The translations under genes were made by a program, and so were the position numbers. From the IMG/VR virus record IMGVR_UViG_3300050821_008818, positions 7,364 through 71,363 of that record: DNA of 64,000 nucleotides, one strand, 5' to 3'. Under the pieces are notes generated by a model that made no database searches, had not been told where the DNA came from, and saw only the letters and a list, made by a program, of their open reading frames with translations. Source of the stretch: a virus. How positions within the stretch are numbered: position 1 is the first letter of the stretch; each line of letters opens with the position of its first letter. Below are positions 9,562 through 18,931 of this stretch, one piece after another.

Positions 9562-9753
9562 CTACTCATCAATTTCGGGAGGATAATGAACCGCCATCAA
9601 GAAATCTATGTCAAGATCTGCCCAGTGAATTAATCCATAGCCCGCACACTTGGGGCATGCGCTGAATATGAGCGCCATGCACATATCGGCAATGTGTCCG
9701 CGCCCCTCGCAGCGATCGCATTGCACTAAATCAGAAGCCCCCGGTCTAATCAT
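9562..9753 (-). CDS. DnaJ-type zinc-finger small protein
   Basis: CDRCEGRG and CPKCAGYG. Confidence 0.55.
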   Translation of the reverse strand: MIRPGASDLVQCDRCEGRGHIADMCMALIFSACPKCAGYGLIHWADLDIDFLMAVHYPPEIDE

Positions 9754-9760
9754 CTAGTTT

Positions 9761-10105
9761 TCAAACCAATGGCCGCGCTGAGACCCAAGCATTCACAGTG
9801 GCATTATATGGATTTTGGATAATGTTTACCCTCAGGTGGTTTACATGCGGCCCACCGCCGCCACCCCCAGTGCGAGTGCCAGAATCAGTCGGCAATGGTG
9901 CGCTTTCGAAATCAAAATTCGACCATAATGTTCCATCTATGGAACCTTCAAGGCTAAGTATAAGACTTACTTCACTTGGATGAACGCCGTTGCCGCTCCA
10001 GCCAAAAATCATTCCCACATCAGAATTATCACCAACAGTAATTGCGGCCCCCGGACCGATTGCTGTTGCATTAATCAAGCTTTGGCCCGAAAATACTTGA
10101 GGCAT
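9761..10105 (-). CDS. hypothetical beta-rich protein
   Basis: start reassigned to MPQVFSG; LEGSIDGTLW motif. Confidence 0.5.
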   Translation of the reverse strand: MPQVFSGQSLINATAIGPGAAITVGDNSDVGMIFGWSGNGVHPSEVSLILSLEGSIDGTLWSNFDFESAPLPTDSGTRTGGGGGGPHVNHLRVNIIQNPYNATVNAWVSARPLV

Positions 10106-10681
10106 CTTACCTATCCCTTCGGAACAGCTGCGCCTATACAATACGCTGCAGCCACGCGATATTGCGTATGAGCGTTAATGATCGCCGCTGCAGCATAGCA
10201 GGAGTCAAAGCTTTCCATCGGCAGCTTATCAATACCCCCAGCTGCAGCAATTATGACCAGGAACACCTGCATTATTTGATTCCCCCGCCTTCAAGGCTCC
10301 TAGCTAACAATCTGGCATGATAGTGTCGTCCGCGTGATGTCGATGCTAGGATGACAAAGATCAGCAAAAATATCGGAGTTAGCAACCAATTGATCACCGT
10401 ATTACCACCACATCTTGACTGATCGCTTCCCCTGTCAGACCGCGCCAGCTAATCGCCTTATCAACAAATATCCATTCCCAGGCCTGCTCTTCCGTCTTGC
10501 ACGAAGCTTGCAGTTTACCATCCTTGTCTAGCACTTCCCAATGATTACTCTCAATCTGCTTGATTGTTTTCATCTATCTGAGCCAATTCCATAAACTCCA
10601 CACGATCAAAACTTCGGCCCAACTGAAGGCTAGAATCCATCCAAATATGCTCACGGTAACGAAAATGTCTTTCCTGGTCAC

Positions 10682-10828
10682 CTAACGCACACGCCTTCCG
10701 TCTTTATTTGACTTGCCTGCCTTATCAAGCGCGATTGCGACCGCTTGCTTTTGTGGCGTGCCGGCCTCTTTCTCGATCTTAATATTCTCGCTTACCGTCT
10801 TTTGGCTGGAGCCTTCTTTAAGTGGCAT
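10682..10828 (-). CDS. 48-aa conserved small phage protein
   Basis: [34 protein letters not shown]; a pattern I recall near packaging genes. Confidence 0.6.
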   Translation of the reverse strand: MPLKEGSSQKTVSENIKIEKEAGTPQKQAVAIALDKAGKSNKDGRRVR

Positions 10829-11305
10829 TATCTACCCCAAAATCTTATAAGCGGTTGATGCCGCAAGGAAAGCCAGAATTACCATACGCCCAAATACCAC
10901 TCCAAGCTGGTCCAATTTCGGCGGCAAGGAGCTATGCAGCCGCAATTCCATCCATATCGCAATTAGAACTAACCAAATCGCGGTCAATCCACATCTCTCT
11001 GTAGGTCAATATGGCTCTTCAAGTCAGGCATGAAGATATTGCCAACTAGAGCGCTACCATGCCTTCGTCCGATCATGTAGCCGATTGCAGCGATTACAAG
11101 GTCGCTTAGTATCAGTAGAATAATCACTGCCATTTGGTCACCTATGATTCACTAAGTTTCACACCTTCTATTTGCTCCATCATTGCCTTGAAAACCTTTT
11201 CTGCAATGAAGTTAGAGTCGCTCACCCAATCACGAGAGTCCCGCACCACCTCGGCGCCAGCCCTGATCATCTCAGGCGTAACAGTAATATGTACGTCAGT
11301 ACGGA

Positions 11306-11773
11306 TCACTTATCTCTCTCAATAAATAGATCGGTGCATCCCTTAGGTATCGGCGTGATCTGCTTGCCATCGCGGTCGTAGCAGGTATTAGCAGCATTAT
11401 TATAATTCGTGATATCAGTCTCATGGGTCAGCTTGCGGCTACGACGCACATGGGGCCGATCTGGCATATATGCAATATGATCACGACCCCAAAGCTCTTC
11501 CGCGCGTTCGAATTCAAACTCATATGGAGCCCGCCGCGGCTGTGGAGGACTCTGGGGGCGCATCTCTATTTGGACAACCTCGCTGTGATTCTTGCTACTC
11601 TCAGTAAAGGCCCATATTCCGAGTGTCAAGATGGTTGCGAGCCCAGCTAATATTACAACTGCGCGCTTGAATCCCCACCCATTCATGCGGGAGTTTTCCA
11701 AGTCATTTTCCCATTCCTCCCTTATGAACCGCCCCCGCGAAGAATTTATCACCGCGATACCAGCCATGCACAA
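11306..11773 (-). CDS. single-TM membrane protein (true start probably internal)
   Basis: hydrophobic AVVILAGLATILTLGIWAF. Confidence 0.5.
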   Translation of the reverse strand: MCMAGIAVINSSRGRFIREEWENDLENSRMNGWGFKRAVVILAGLATILTLGIWAFTESSKNHSEVVQIEMRPQSPPQPRRAPYEFEFERAEELWGRDHIAYMPDRPHVRRSRKLTHETDITNYNNAANTCYDRDGKQITPIPKGCTDLFIERDK

Positions 11774-12020
11774 CCACTACGCGACCAACCTCAATCGGTG
11801 AGCCAATATGATCTTCAGACTTCGCGGCTGAAATATTGACGACCAATTGTTTGCCTGGAGAAGTCTCAATCGCAATATTTTGGGCATCGATCCCAATGAT
11901 CACACCTGAAACCATCTCTGGATATGCTTGCGCTTGTGCATAAGGAATCGACGTGTCTCTAAAATCCCCAGCTATAACAGTAAAGGCTAAGATGATCAGA
12001 AGAACTTGTAGCATCTTCAA
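11703..12020 (-). CDS. exported small OB-fold-like protein
   Basis: signal peptide; beta-rich VSGVI...VGRVVVVHG. Confidence 0.55.
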   Translation of the reverse strand: MKMLQVLLIILAFTVIAGDFRDTSIPYAQAQAYPEMVSGVIIGIDAQNIAIETSPGKQLVVNISAAKSEDHIGSPIEVGRVVVVHGWYRGDKFFAGAVHKGGMGK

Positions 12021-13552
12021 TTCACCCCGAATATCGAGAGCACCTTGTATGCACCAACATAGACGCGGCCATTTGCAACCAGAGGCACCGTGTTTGGACT
12101 AGCGCCGGAGCCGACAAAACCAAATGACCAAGCGCCAGCATTAGCCGAAAATAGCTGGGTCAGACTGGAGTTGAAAGCATATAGAACCAGTGGATCTTCC
12201 TTGGCAACAGCCCAGATTATCTGGCTTCCGGCTGTGGTACCATTAGAAGAGACAGCAGTGAAAAACCCAGCCTGAATGCCAGTCGTGATAGTGACGTTAA
12301 ATTCTAGCGGGATCGTAGTCGTGGTAACCTTGCGTGTTTTGAGAACTGTTCCAAAGCTGGTAACAACTCTTGGCAGCCCATCAGAACCCATGAAATAGCT
12401 TTCACCGCACCAGCAACCGCCAAGACCGGTGACAGTTGTAATCTGCGCTAATGTGTCGCGGTTGAGAAGATAGAGAATGCCATCCTTTCCACCAGCCACA
12501 GCCAAATGCGGACTGGTTCCGGCAGCATCAGGCAGCAACATCATACCGCCGGCACCAAAGTCATTATCAGCGGTATCAAGGGTGCCAGGATTTGGCTCAG
12601 TGAAAATATGGTTTATCGCGAACGTGGTGCTGTTTAGACTGAGTGCGCTTTCCTGAACGCTAGTCGTGCCGTTGTAAGTTCCAGAGCCGCCATTGCCGGT
12701 CGTGAAGAATATAGTCCCCGGAACACCAGCCAGGCCATAGCCAGACATCCAAATCGTGGCCATGTAATAGCCGCCAGTGTTTTGGGTGTCAGTCAGCTCG
12801 TTGGCCGCGAGTGGTGCCAACGTATTGACTTTGTAGCCGATTATCCAGCCTCGGGTAGATCCCGGCGAATCATCACAAAAGCTTGTGAACGCGACATAAA
12901 CATTGCCATCCTGCAAAAGCAAGGCGACACGCTGGCGCGCTGTTGACGCGTTGAAGGTGTACTGGGTCGAATCAGTCAGAGTATGCGACGCCGTTATCGT
13001 AACCGGAGCCACAACATCGGCAAGTGTCGTAACATCGATTGCGTGAATCTGATAGCTCGGCGTCGCTCCGAGATAGGCAACCACATACATTGTGGGAGGC
13101 GAAGTAGAAGTATCAATGACAGGAGTGGAGTTGATACCTACGTTTGGCCCATTGTTGGTGCATCCTAGTGGAGTAGCTCGAGGAGCGCCAAAATTCCGGC
13201 TGTTCAGAACATTCCCAGTATCCGCATCAATGGAATAGACTGTATTGTTTTCAGTTACGGTATAAACTACGTTATGAGGCGCGCCAGAAATGAAAACGTT
13301 ATTAAGATACAGCGGTTCTGCATCGATCTGATCGTCGACAACAACAGAATGCTGCAAGGCAAAGGCTGCCGGAAATGACGTAGCAGTTAAGAGCGTCTCG
13401 TTGCTATTCCATCCGGTACGCAGATTGTCATTATGGTAGGTGGTTACATTTACCGTTGAAGGCGGAGGCGGCGGCGGAGAAACACACGCGTAAACCGCAA
13501 TCGCGCCACCAAGTAACAAGAATGCAATAACAATGCACCATAAGCTCTTCAT
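12017..13552 (-). CDS. exported PQQ-like beta-propeller protein
   Basis: signal peptide, poly-Pro linker, VTTYHNDNLRTGWNSNET, GINSTPVID, GGKDG, PLVANGRVYVG. Confidence 0.7.
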   Translation of the reverse strand: MKSLWCIVIAFLLLGGAIAVYACVSPPPPPPSTVNVTTYHNDNLRTGWNSNETLLTATSFPAAFALQHSVVVDDQIDAEPLYLNNVFISGAPHNVVYTVTENNTVYSIDADTGNVLNSRNFGAPRATPLGCTNNGPNVGINSTPVIDTSTSPPTMYVVAYLGATPSYQIHAIDVTTLADVVAPVTITASHTLTDSTQYTFNASTARQRVALLLQDGNVYVAFTSFCDDSPGSTRGWIIGYKVNTLAPLAANELTDTQNTGGYYMATIWMSGYGLAGVPGTIFFTTGNGGSGTYNGTTSVQESALSLNSTTFAINHIFTEPNPGTLDTADNDFGAGGMMLLPDAAGTSPHLAVAGGKDGILYLLNRDTLAQITTVTGLGGCWCGESYFMGSDGLPRVVTSFGTVLKTRKVTTTTIPLEFNVTITTGIQAGFFTAVSSNGTTAGSQIIWAVAKEDPLVLYAFNSSLTQLFSANAGAWSFGFVGSGASPNTVPLVANGRVYVGAYKVLSIFGVN

Positions 13553-13990
13553 TAGAGATCAGCCGATTTGTCTGTTCCAGCGTAGCTGGTAACTTCCATG
13601 CCTAGGCAAATTTCAATGATAATAGGCGTAGTCCAAGTCATGATTCCAAATCCCTTAATTCCCTAGCACGATTTGACTCAGCTACCGCAATCCTGACCTG
13701 CAATTCCATGCGCAGCAGCAGCACTCCAATATCGTGCTGATTCTTGAAATCAGATATCATATAGTCGTATCGTGCTTTTATCTCTTGACGCTTACGGTGC
13801 GTATCTAAGCCAATCGGATCTCCCGGACACAATTATTTGCCTTCCGGCGCGGGAGTGCTTCCCTGCATCATATACGCAACTACTGCAACTGTTATCTCGT
13901 CCGCTAGCTGCTTTTGCACATCCTCAGGCCATACTGAGCAATCCATTTCAGATTTCTGGATAGCGTCTAAAATGTAATCTTCCAATAAGA

Positions 13991-14245
13991 TCATTTCTTT
14001 GGCTCTAGCATATCACGAAGATTGAAATATTCACGGGCCATAACGCCGCTCTCATGCTCTTCGGTGAATGGCACCTGCGAGAGATAATAGGAAAGCATAC
14101 CATCCTGCATCGAGTCATGAGATATCTCACCATCCAAATCGAAAGGCTGAGGCGCTCCCTTGCCTTGATAGACATATCGCGTCTTTATGTGGCGCGTATC
14201 CACCTGATTGAATGGCTGATCCTTTAGCATCCCAACCATGGTCAC
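13991..14245 (-). CDS. hypothetical protein
   Basis: 84 aa, overlaps stop of upstream ORF, GAGGAG RBS. Confidence 0.5.
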   Translation of the reverse strand: MTMVGMLKDQPFNQVDTRHIKTRYVYQGKGAPQPFDLDGEISHDSMQDGMLSYYLSQVPFTEEHESGVMAREYFNLRDMLEPKK

Positions 14246-14451
14246 TCCTCTATCCGAACAGGAACCCGAAGGCCATACTCAGAAGAAATAATCCTACGGC
14301 TCCCGATACAAATGTCTTCCAATGCTCGCGGCTGGTCATTGGCCACCTCTCCCTCGCAACAATGAACTATTCCAGTACCACCACAATCAGCACATGGATA
14401 TGGCGACTGGTGGCAGCTATTACCAGTCCCATGGCATCGATAGCATTGCAT
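14242..14451 (-). CDS. DnaJ-type zinc-finger small protein
   Basis: CYRCHGTG and CADCGGTG. Confidence 0.55.
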   Translation of the reverse strand: MQCYRCHGTGNSCHQSPYPCADCGGTGIVHCCEGEVANDQPRALEDICIGSRRIISSEYGLRVPVRIEE

Positions 14452-14486
14452 TAGGCAAACTATTTTCCCCTAGCTGCATTATGTCA

Positions 14487-14514
14487 TTGACATTTCAGCA
14501 AATATGCATATATT
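14487..14514 (+). promoter_or_regulatory. sigma70-type promoter of plus-strand island
   Basis: TTGACA-N16-TATATT. Confidence 0.6.
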
Positions 14515-14718
14515 AGTATTATAGACAGCAGGGAGGGACAGGAAGAGTTTCGCCATGGGCCGCGCGCTGCAGCGCAATGTCAGCGACCCATAGCGAAGCC
14601 CGTAACCACTCGAGCAAGACGGCGGCTGGGCAGACTGTGCCAACTATCACGCATCAGCTAGTGCTCACGCGTGACCGGCATGGAGCCGCCGAATACATCA
14701 AACAGGAGAAACTCAACC

Positions 14719-14904
14719 ATGCTAACACTTTCCGCTCTTGAAGAGATCATAAGCAGCTTTGTCGACATAGTGATGAAGAATCATCCGGATTTGGACAAAT
14801 TCGATCTTGCTTACATGATGGAAGAGATTGCTAATCAGATCAAGGAAGGGCGCTGTCCTTCATGCGGCCAGCATAAACCAGCTCATAAACCAAACGAGTG
14901 CTGA
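14719..14904 (+). CDS. hypothetical protein
   Basis: AGGAG RBS; MLTLSALEEII...CPSCG. Confidence 0.6.
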   Translation: MLTLSALEEIISSFVDIVMKNHPDLDKFDLAYMMEEIANQIKEGRCPSCGQHKPAHKPNEC

Positions 14905-14923
14905 TTAGACCGTAAATGAACAT

Positions 14924-14967
14924 TGACGCTAGCCTCTGTCGCCTCCGGGCGGCAGACACGAGCGCCA
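14924..14967 (+). repeat. divergent copy of the intergenic hairpin repeat
   Basis: TGACGCTAGCCTCTGTCGCC-TCCG-GGCGGCAGACACGAGCGCCA. Confidence 0.7.
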
Positions 14968-14992
14968 AGCTCGAAACCAAAGGAGAGAGACG

Positions 14993-15226
14993 ATGAACTA
15001 TGAAGTTAGTGAGGCTCTCGGATATATCTCGACAGATAAGGTTGAACGCATAGCGCGAGGGCACGAGCGAAGATTTGGCAAATCCATGCTCTTGCTAAAA
15101 ATTAGCCGCTCATGCGAATCCTTCGCAGACACTCGCCTGAAGGTATTCGATCCTGAAACTGGCAGCTCAAGCCTGTGGGATTGCAGCGGTTGGCGAGTAC
15201 GTTGCGTTAGGAAACACGCGCCATGA
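14993..15226 (+). CDS. hypothetical protein
   Basis: AAGGAG RBS; ATGA overlap with next gene. Confidence 0.6.
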   Translation: MNYEVSEALGYISTDKVERIARGHERRFGKSMLLLKISRSCESFADTRLKVFDPETGSSSLWDCSGWRVRCVRKHAP

Positions 15227-15426
15227 CCCCCGCGTCACTCAAAGCATGGCGTGAGCGGCTATACGGAACAGGCTATGGGACACGCAGCAAACAAAAGGCT
15301 GCGAAATCTCTTGGCCTGTCCCAACGCGCCTATGACTCATATGAAGCCGGCGAGCATCGGATACCGCGATATATCGAGCTTGCCTGCAAGGAGCTAAGGA
15401 GATCAGCTAGATCTCTTCCGATATAG
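15223..15426 (+). CDS. XRE-type HTH protein
   Basis: MTPASLKAWRERL...AAKSLGLSQRAYDSYEAGEHRIPRYIELAC. Confidence 0.75.
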   Translation: MTPASLKAWRERLYGTGYGTRSKQKAAKSLGLSQRAYDSYEAGEHRIPRYIELACKELRRSARSLPI

Positions 15427-15659
15427 GCTCACCAGAACCTCAAGCAGCCGGCGTTCGGCTATTTCTACCTCGTTATGCACTGGCGCCCCCGCAAAATATG
15501 CAGCATAAATTTGCGCGGCTTCCCTCCTCGCATTGTTAATCGATATGGATATTTCGATCGGCGCCGTCACTTTCTCGACCATATGCCAATCCAAAGACAT
15601 ACGCACATAACTAATGGCACAATCGTGTCGCGGTGCGCGAGCATGAACTGCGTCATTTT

Positions 15660-15842
15660 CTAAAATACATTTTTGTCAAATACCAAATCAACGAGACGCA
15701 GTACATCATCGTCGCGACCAGCACGAATGAAATCACCTGGAGTGCTATTGCTAAGCAAATAATGCGGCTGCTCAAGCCAGAGCTTAATCTCGTCGTCGCT
15801 AAGGAATTGCGCAAGCTTTTCCTTTACACAGTCATCAGACAT
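15660..15842 (-). CDS. stand-alone MbcA/ParS/Xre antitoxin C-terminal domain (DUF2384-like)
   Basis: EIKLWLEQPHYLLSNSTPGDFIRAGRDDDVLRLV fits W..P...L...P..L...G....V. Confidence 0.65.
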   Translation of the reverse strand: MSDDCVKEKLAQFLSDDEIKLWLEQPHYLLSNSTPGDFIRAGRDDDVLRLVDLVFDKNVF

Positions 15843-16308
15843 TCGGAGGGCACATTTTAGCTAAAAGCTTCTTGCCTTCATGCGGCGTAGTCTTGCGATA
15901 TGCTTCGTCCATGAGGCGAATTTCCTCGGCACTTCGATGCTGACAGATTGTAGCAAGGAATAGCTGCCCATAATCTGGCGTAAGCTCGCGATAAAGAGAA
16001 TCAATCTTGCGAAAGATATCGTCTCGCTTCTCATGATAGGGTAGCGTATCTGTTACCAAATTATTATGTATATCTCTAAATAATGGATCATCGCTTTCCT
16101 CATAAATCTCATGAATAGGCAATGGGTCCTTAAGTAAATATACCTCATCGAAAGTAAAGTGATATTCTTCTATAGGCAATTCCATCAAATCATCATGCAG
16201 CCTGAAAATCTTATTAAGGGTTATTTCAGGCCGAACGCGAATTGACATAATGTTCACCTTTTGTTCCAAATTTAAGCAAATTTTTAGGTGATATAAATAA
16301 CCGCCCAT
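15835..16308 (-). CDS. hypothetical protein (AT-rich)
   Basis: open 157 codons; start probably MSIRVRP. Confidence 0.5.
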   Translation of the reverse strand: MGGYLYHLKICLNLEQKVNIMSIRVRPEITLNKIFRLHDDLMELPIEEYHFTFDEVYLLKDPLPIHEIYEESDDPLFRDIHNNLVTDTLPYHEKRDDIFRKIDSLYRELTPDYGQLFLATICQHRSAEEIRLMDEAYRKTTPHEGKKLLAKMCPPNV

Positions 16309-16464
16309 ACCTCTCTTAGAAAGGCGCGCTCGCGAAGCATCATTGCTGGGCGGATTAGGCTACCCCAGAAGTCAGGGGTGTTTCCCGTAACTTTTACAGC
16401 TTATGTGTGTGTGTTTACGATGCCAGCGTCTGACGCCTGGGGTATCTGATAAACTATACTTCCC

Positions 16465-16493
16465 CTATTATATATATCACACTACTGCTGCAA
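16465..16493 (-). promoter_or_regulatory. candidate late promoter (PR'-like)
   Basis: TTGCAG-N17-TAATAG on minus strand just downstream of the Q-like gene. Confidence 0.55.
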
Positions 16494-16531
16494 CTTGGCC
16501 AAAAGATACGCATATTACCAAAATTTAATTA

Positions 16532-17077
16532 TTAATCCGCAATGAATAGGCCATATAGTTGCAGCATCGCGCTTTCATACCGTCTTTTCGCAGTATCATG
16601 AGACAATCGCGTGTCCCAAACTCTCAGCATCCGATCGGCGATCTCAGTAAAGAAAAACCCACGCGCGCGAAGCCAAATTATCCGGAAATCTTTCTTTTCT
16701 ATCGTGGCGCACCACCCCATAACGGTTTCCCAGTCGGCAATTTGCTCTCGACTAGGCGTAAATCTAACCTTAACTTCTTCTGCGCCGTATTCCGACCATT
16801 CTTTAACCGCCTCTCGCCATACCGCGTGACGCAATGGACGCACCCCTTGGAACCGGCTGTCAGGATCGGAAAGCGCGCGATCAGTCATGCAGGCCGTCCA
16901 AATACGGCGCTCAAATTCTGCCGGTATACCGGGATTAGCCAGATCATCTATAAATGCATGCAGATGAGACCTGGCAATGCGATTGCGATTGCGTCTCATT
17001 CCAGGCGGACGACGCTCGCGCCATGCGCTACCAGAACAAACCATAGTGTCATCGCGAAGCATCTTGCTTTTCCTCAA
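16532..17077 (-). CDS. late transcriptional regulator/antiterminator-like protein (DUF6362-like)
   Basis: C-terminal sigma4-like HTH (RIIWLRARG..FTEIA...SHDTAKRRYESAM); last gene of the early-right arm. Confidence 0.6.
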   Translation of the reverse strand: MRKSKMLRDDTMVCSGSAWRERRPPGMRRNRNRIARSHLHAFIDDLANPGIPAEFERRIWTACMTDRALSDPDSRFQGVRPLRHAVWREAVKEWSEYGAEEVKVRFTPSREQIADWETVMGWCATIEKKDFRIIWLRARGFFFTEIADRMLRVWDTRLSHDTAKRRYESAMLQLYGLFIAD

Positions 17078-18036
17078 TACTTCACATGCCTCAACAACTG
17101 CCGGTAAATCACGTCTGCCCAGTCCCCGTGCTCCTCCGGAATCCGCACATCTACGGATATCAACTTCCGCGCAAGCCGCTTCGCCAACGCGTAAGCAGAT
17201 CCTTGGCCGATAAACTTCTCGTCATTGTCGCCAAATATCGTGATGGCAACACCATCCGGCGGTTCCCAGTGTTCTAGCCCGTGAGCGCATACAGCCGCCC
17301 AGCATGGGATTCCCGTCAGCTCCGTGGCCGCTAACGCGGTCTCTATTCCCTCCGCGATACCAAGCCCTGTTGGAACCCAGCCTCCTAGATAGCTAATTGC
17401 AGAAATCGGCGCCAAACGAATTGCGCTACCCTTGGGCATTGAGCCCGCGCATAGCTTCTTTGGCTGCGGCACCTCGGCCTTATGCCCGTCATGCGTCAAA
17501 TAGGTACGGTGAAGATTACAAACCGCACCGTCAACGGCAATAACAGGCGCAACCATAGCCGGGTGAAATGTCTGAGTCCCATCGCCGTGGGAATAGGATA
17601 GCTCTGGATGGTACTTTAAACAGGGAGGGATGGCCCGTAGGGGCCCAAGTCTGTTTTCTAGGTACTGCCACACCGGATCTCCACGAGTTACCGGTCCAGC
17701 GGCCTGTAAAATAGAATTTAGCATTCTGCGATTGTCTTGGCCTGGGTTAATCATAGGCTTGGCTGCTTTCACGTTTGCTGCGATCGGCTCAATTCGCCTG
17801 ACTGCTTCCTTAAAATCCCTGCCCAGAGCCCGCTTAACGAATTCGAAGCCATCGCCGGCACCACATTGGTTGCATATCCACTCGCCATTCCCGCGGTAGT
17901 CGGTGAAGCGAAATCGATCCGTGCCGCCGCAAAACGGACATGGCCCGTGCTTGCCGTTAAGCAGTTTCAGGTCCAGACCAAAATGCGGTAGGATTCCCTT
18001 CCACCGGTTGCGGAACTGCTCTTTGTGCGGAAGCAT
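17074..18036 (-). CDS. primase with zinc-binding domain and Toprim domain
   Basis: HGPCPFCGGTDRFRF...CNQCGAGDG; IAEGIETALA; IFGDND; start reassigned to MLPHKEQ after GAGGG. Confidence 0.9.
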   Translation of the reverse strand: MLPHKEQFRNRWKGILPHFGLDLKLLNGKHGPCPFCGGTDRFRFTDYRGNGEWICNQCGAGDGFEFVKRALGRDFKEAVRRIEPIAANVKAAKPMINPGQDNRRMLNSILQAAGPVTRGDPVWQYLENRLGPLRAIPPCLKYHPELSYSHGDGTQTFHPAMVAPVIAVDGAVCNLHRTYLTHDGHKAEVPQPKKLCAGSMPKGSAIRLAPISAISYLGGWVPTGLGIAEGIETALAATELTGIPCWAAVCAHGLEHWEPPDGVAITIFGDNDEKFIGQGSAYALAKRLARKLISVDVRIPEEHGDWADVIYRQLLRHVKY

Positions 18037-18158
18037 GGTGGTCCCTCGCGCGCGCATATAGAATATATCAATATATATTCTAAGATAGTACCTATTCCTG
18101 ATACTACCGTACTGTAAGGTAGACAGTATCAGAAGGGGAGGGTCAAGCTTGAACGTAG

Positions 18159-18557
18159 TCATGCGGCTAAGGGCTCGCCTTTATCAGCGATGCCCAATAT
18201 GTCTGGGAAATCACTGTTTGTGATAAACCCAGCATAAAAAGCCATAGCTATGTTAAGGACATAAACACGCGCTTGGCCTGCTTCCCATGTTCGTCTAGCA
18301 CCAGGCGGCAGTGGAAGGGCAAAGGCTATTTGATGCTGTACTGCATCGCCACTATTAGCGCCAATAGCTTTTGCAAACACACTACAAAACTCGCGATATT
18401 CATCATCTTTGCCATAGCCAGGAGTGTGAACTTTTTGCCAACTAGCATAAGGTCCGAACCGTAAAACAAGAGATTCATAAAGAAGTTCGCTCGCGATTTT
18501 CGTCCAGATTGTGGTTCTCAAGATGATACTCCGTTGTTGCCAGCTCTCGTATTCCAT
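18159..18557 (-). CDS. hypothetical protein
   Basis: 132 aa in operon frame. Confidence 0.5.
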   Translation of the reverse strand: MEYESWQQRSIILRTTIWTKIASELLYESLVLRFGPYASWQKVHTPGYGKDDEYREFCSVFAKAIGANSGDAVQHQIAFALPLPPGARRTWEAGQARVYVLNIAMAFYAGFITNSDFPDILGIADKGEPLAA

Positions 18558-18931
18558 AGGTCGCGAAGGGTGACGGTGACTCCCTTGGTTGGATTACTAC
18601 CGCGAATGCATTCCTTCCTAGCATCAAGTCGATGATATGCACGCCTGGCGGCTCTCTTAAGCCAAGCAGTCTCAATAACAAGAGCCCCAGGGAGATCGCC
18701 GAATTTGAAGGTGTAAAAACCTGACTTTGATACTTTGATTCCGGAGGGATACCACTTGCCATCGCGACCCATACATTCGTATTCGACATAAACGTGTCCT
18801 AGTCTTAACGCGGGTTCATCCCATTTTACTTCGATATGCGCTGTTTCATTTGAAAATAGTTCTTTCACCCATTCCTCAGCTTTGGCGCCTATTGGTAGGT
18901 CTATGTCAAAATCAGGCTCGCGTTTAGTCAT
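18518..18931 (-). CDS. PD-(D/E)XK-like nuclease-fold protein
   Basis: G.KAEEWV...HIEVKWD...VYVEYE...PSGI. Confidence 0.6.
   Translation of the reverse strand: MTKREPDFDIDLPIGAKAEEWVKELFSNETAHIEVKWDEPALRLGHVYVEYECMGRDGKWYPSGIKVSKSGFYTFKFGDLPGALVIETAWLKRAARRAYHRLDARKECIRGSNPTKGVTVTLRDLWNTRAGNNGVSS

Noticed and set aside
18037-18162. N-terminal extension of the primase in the ORF track
   Set aside because: AT-rich palindromic sequence; a better RBS and start lie at 18036
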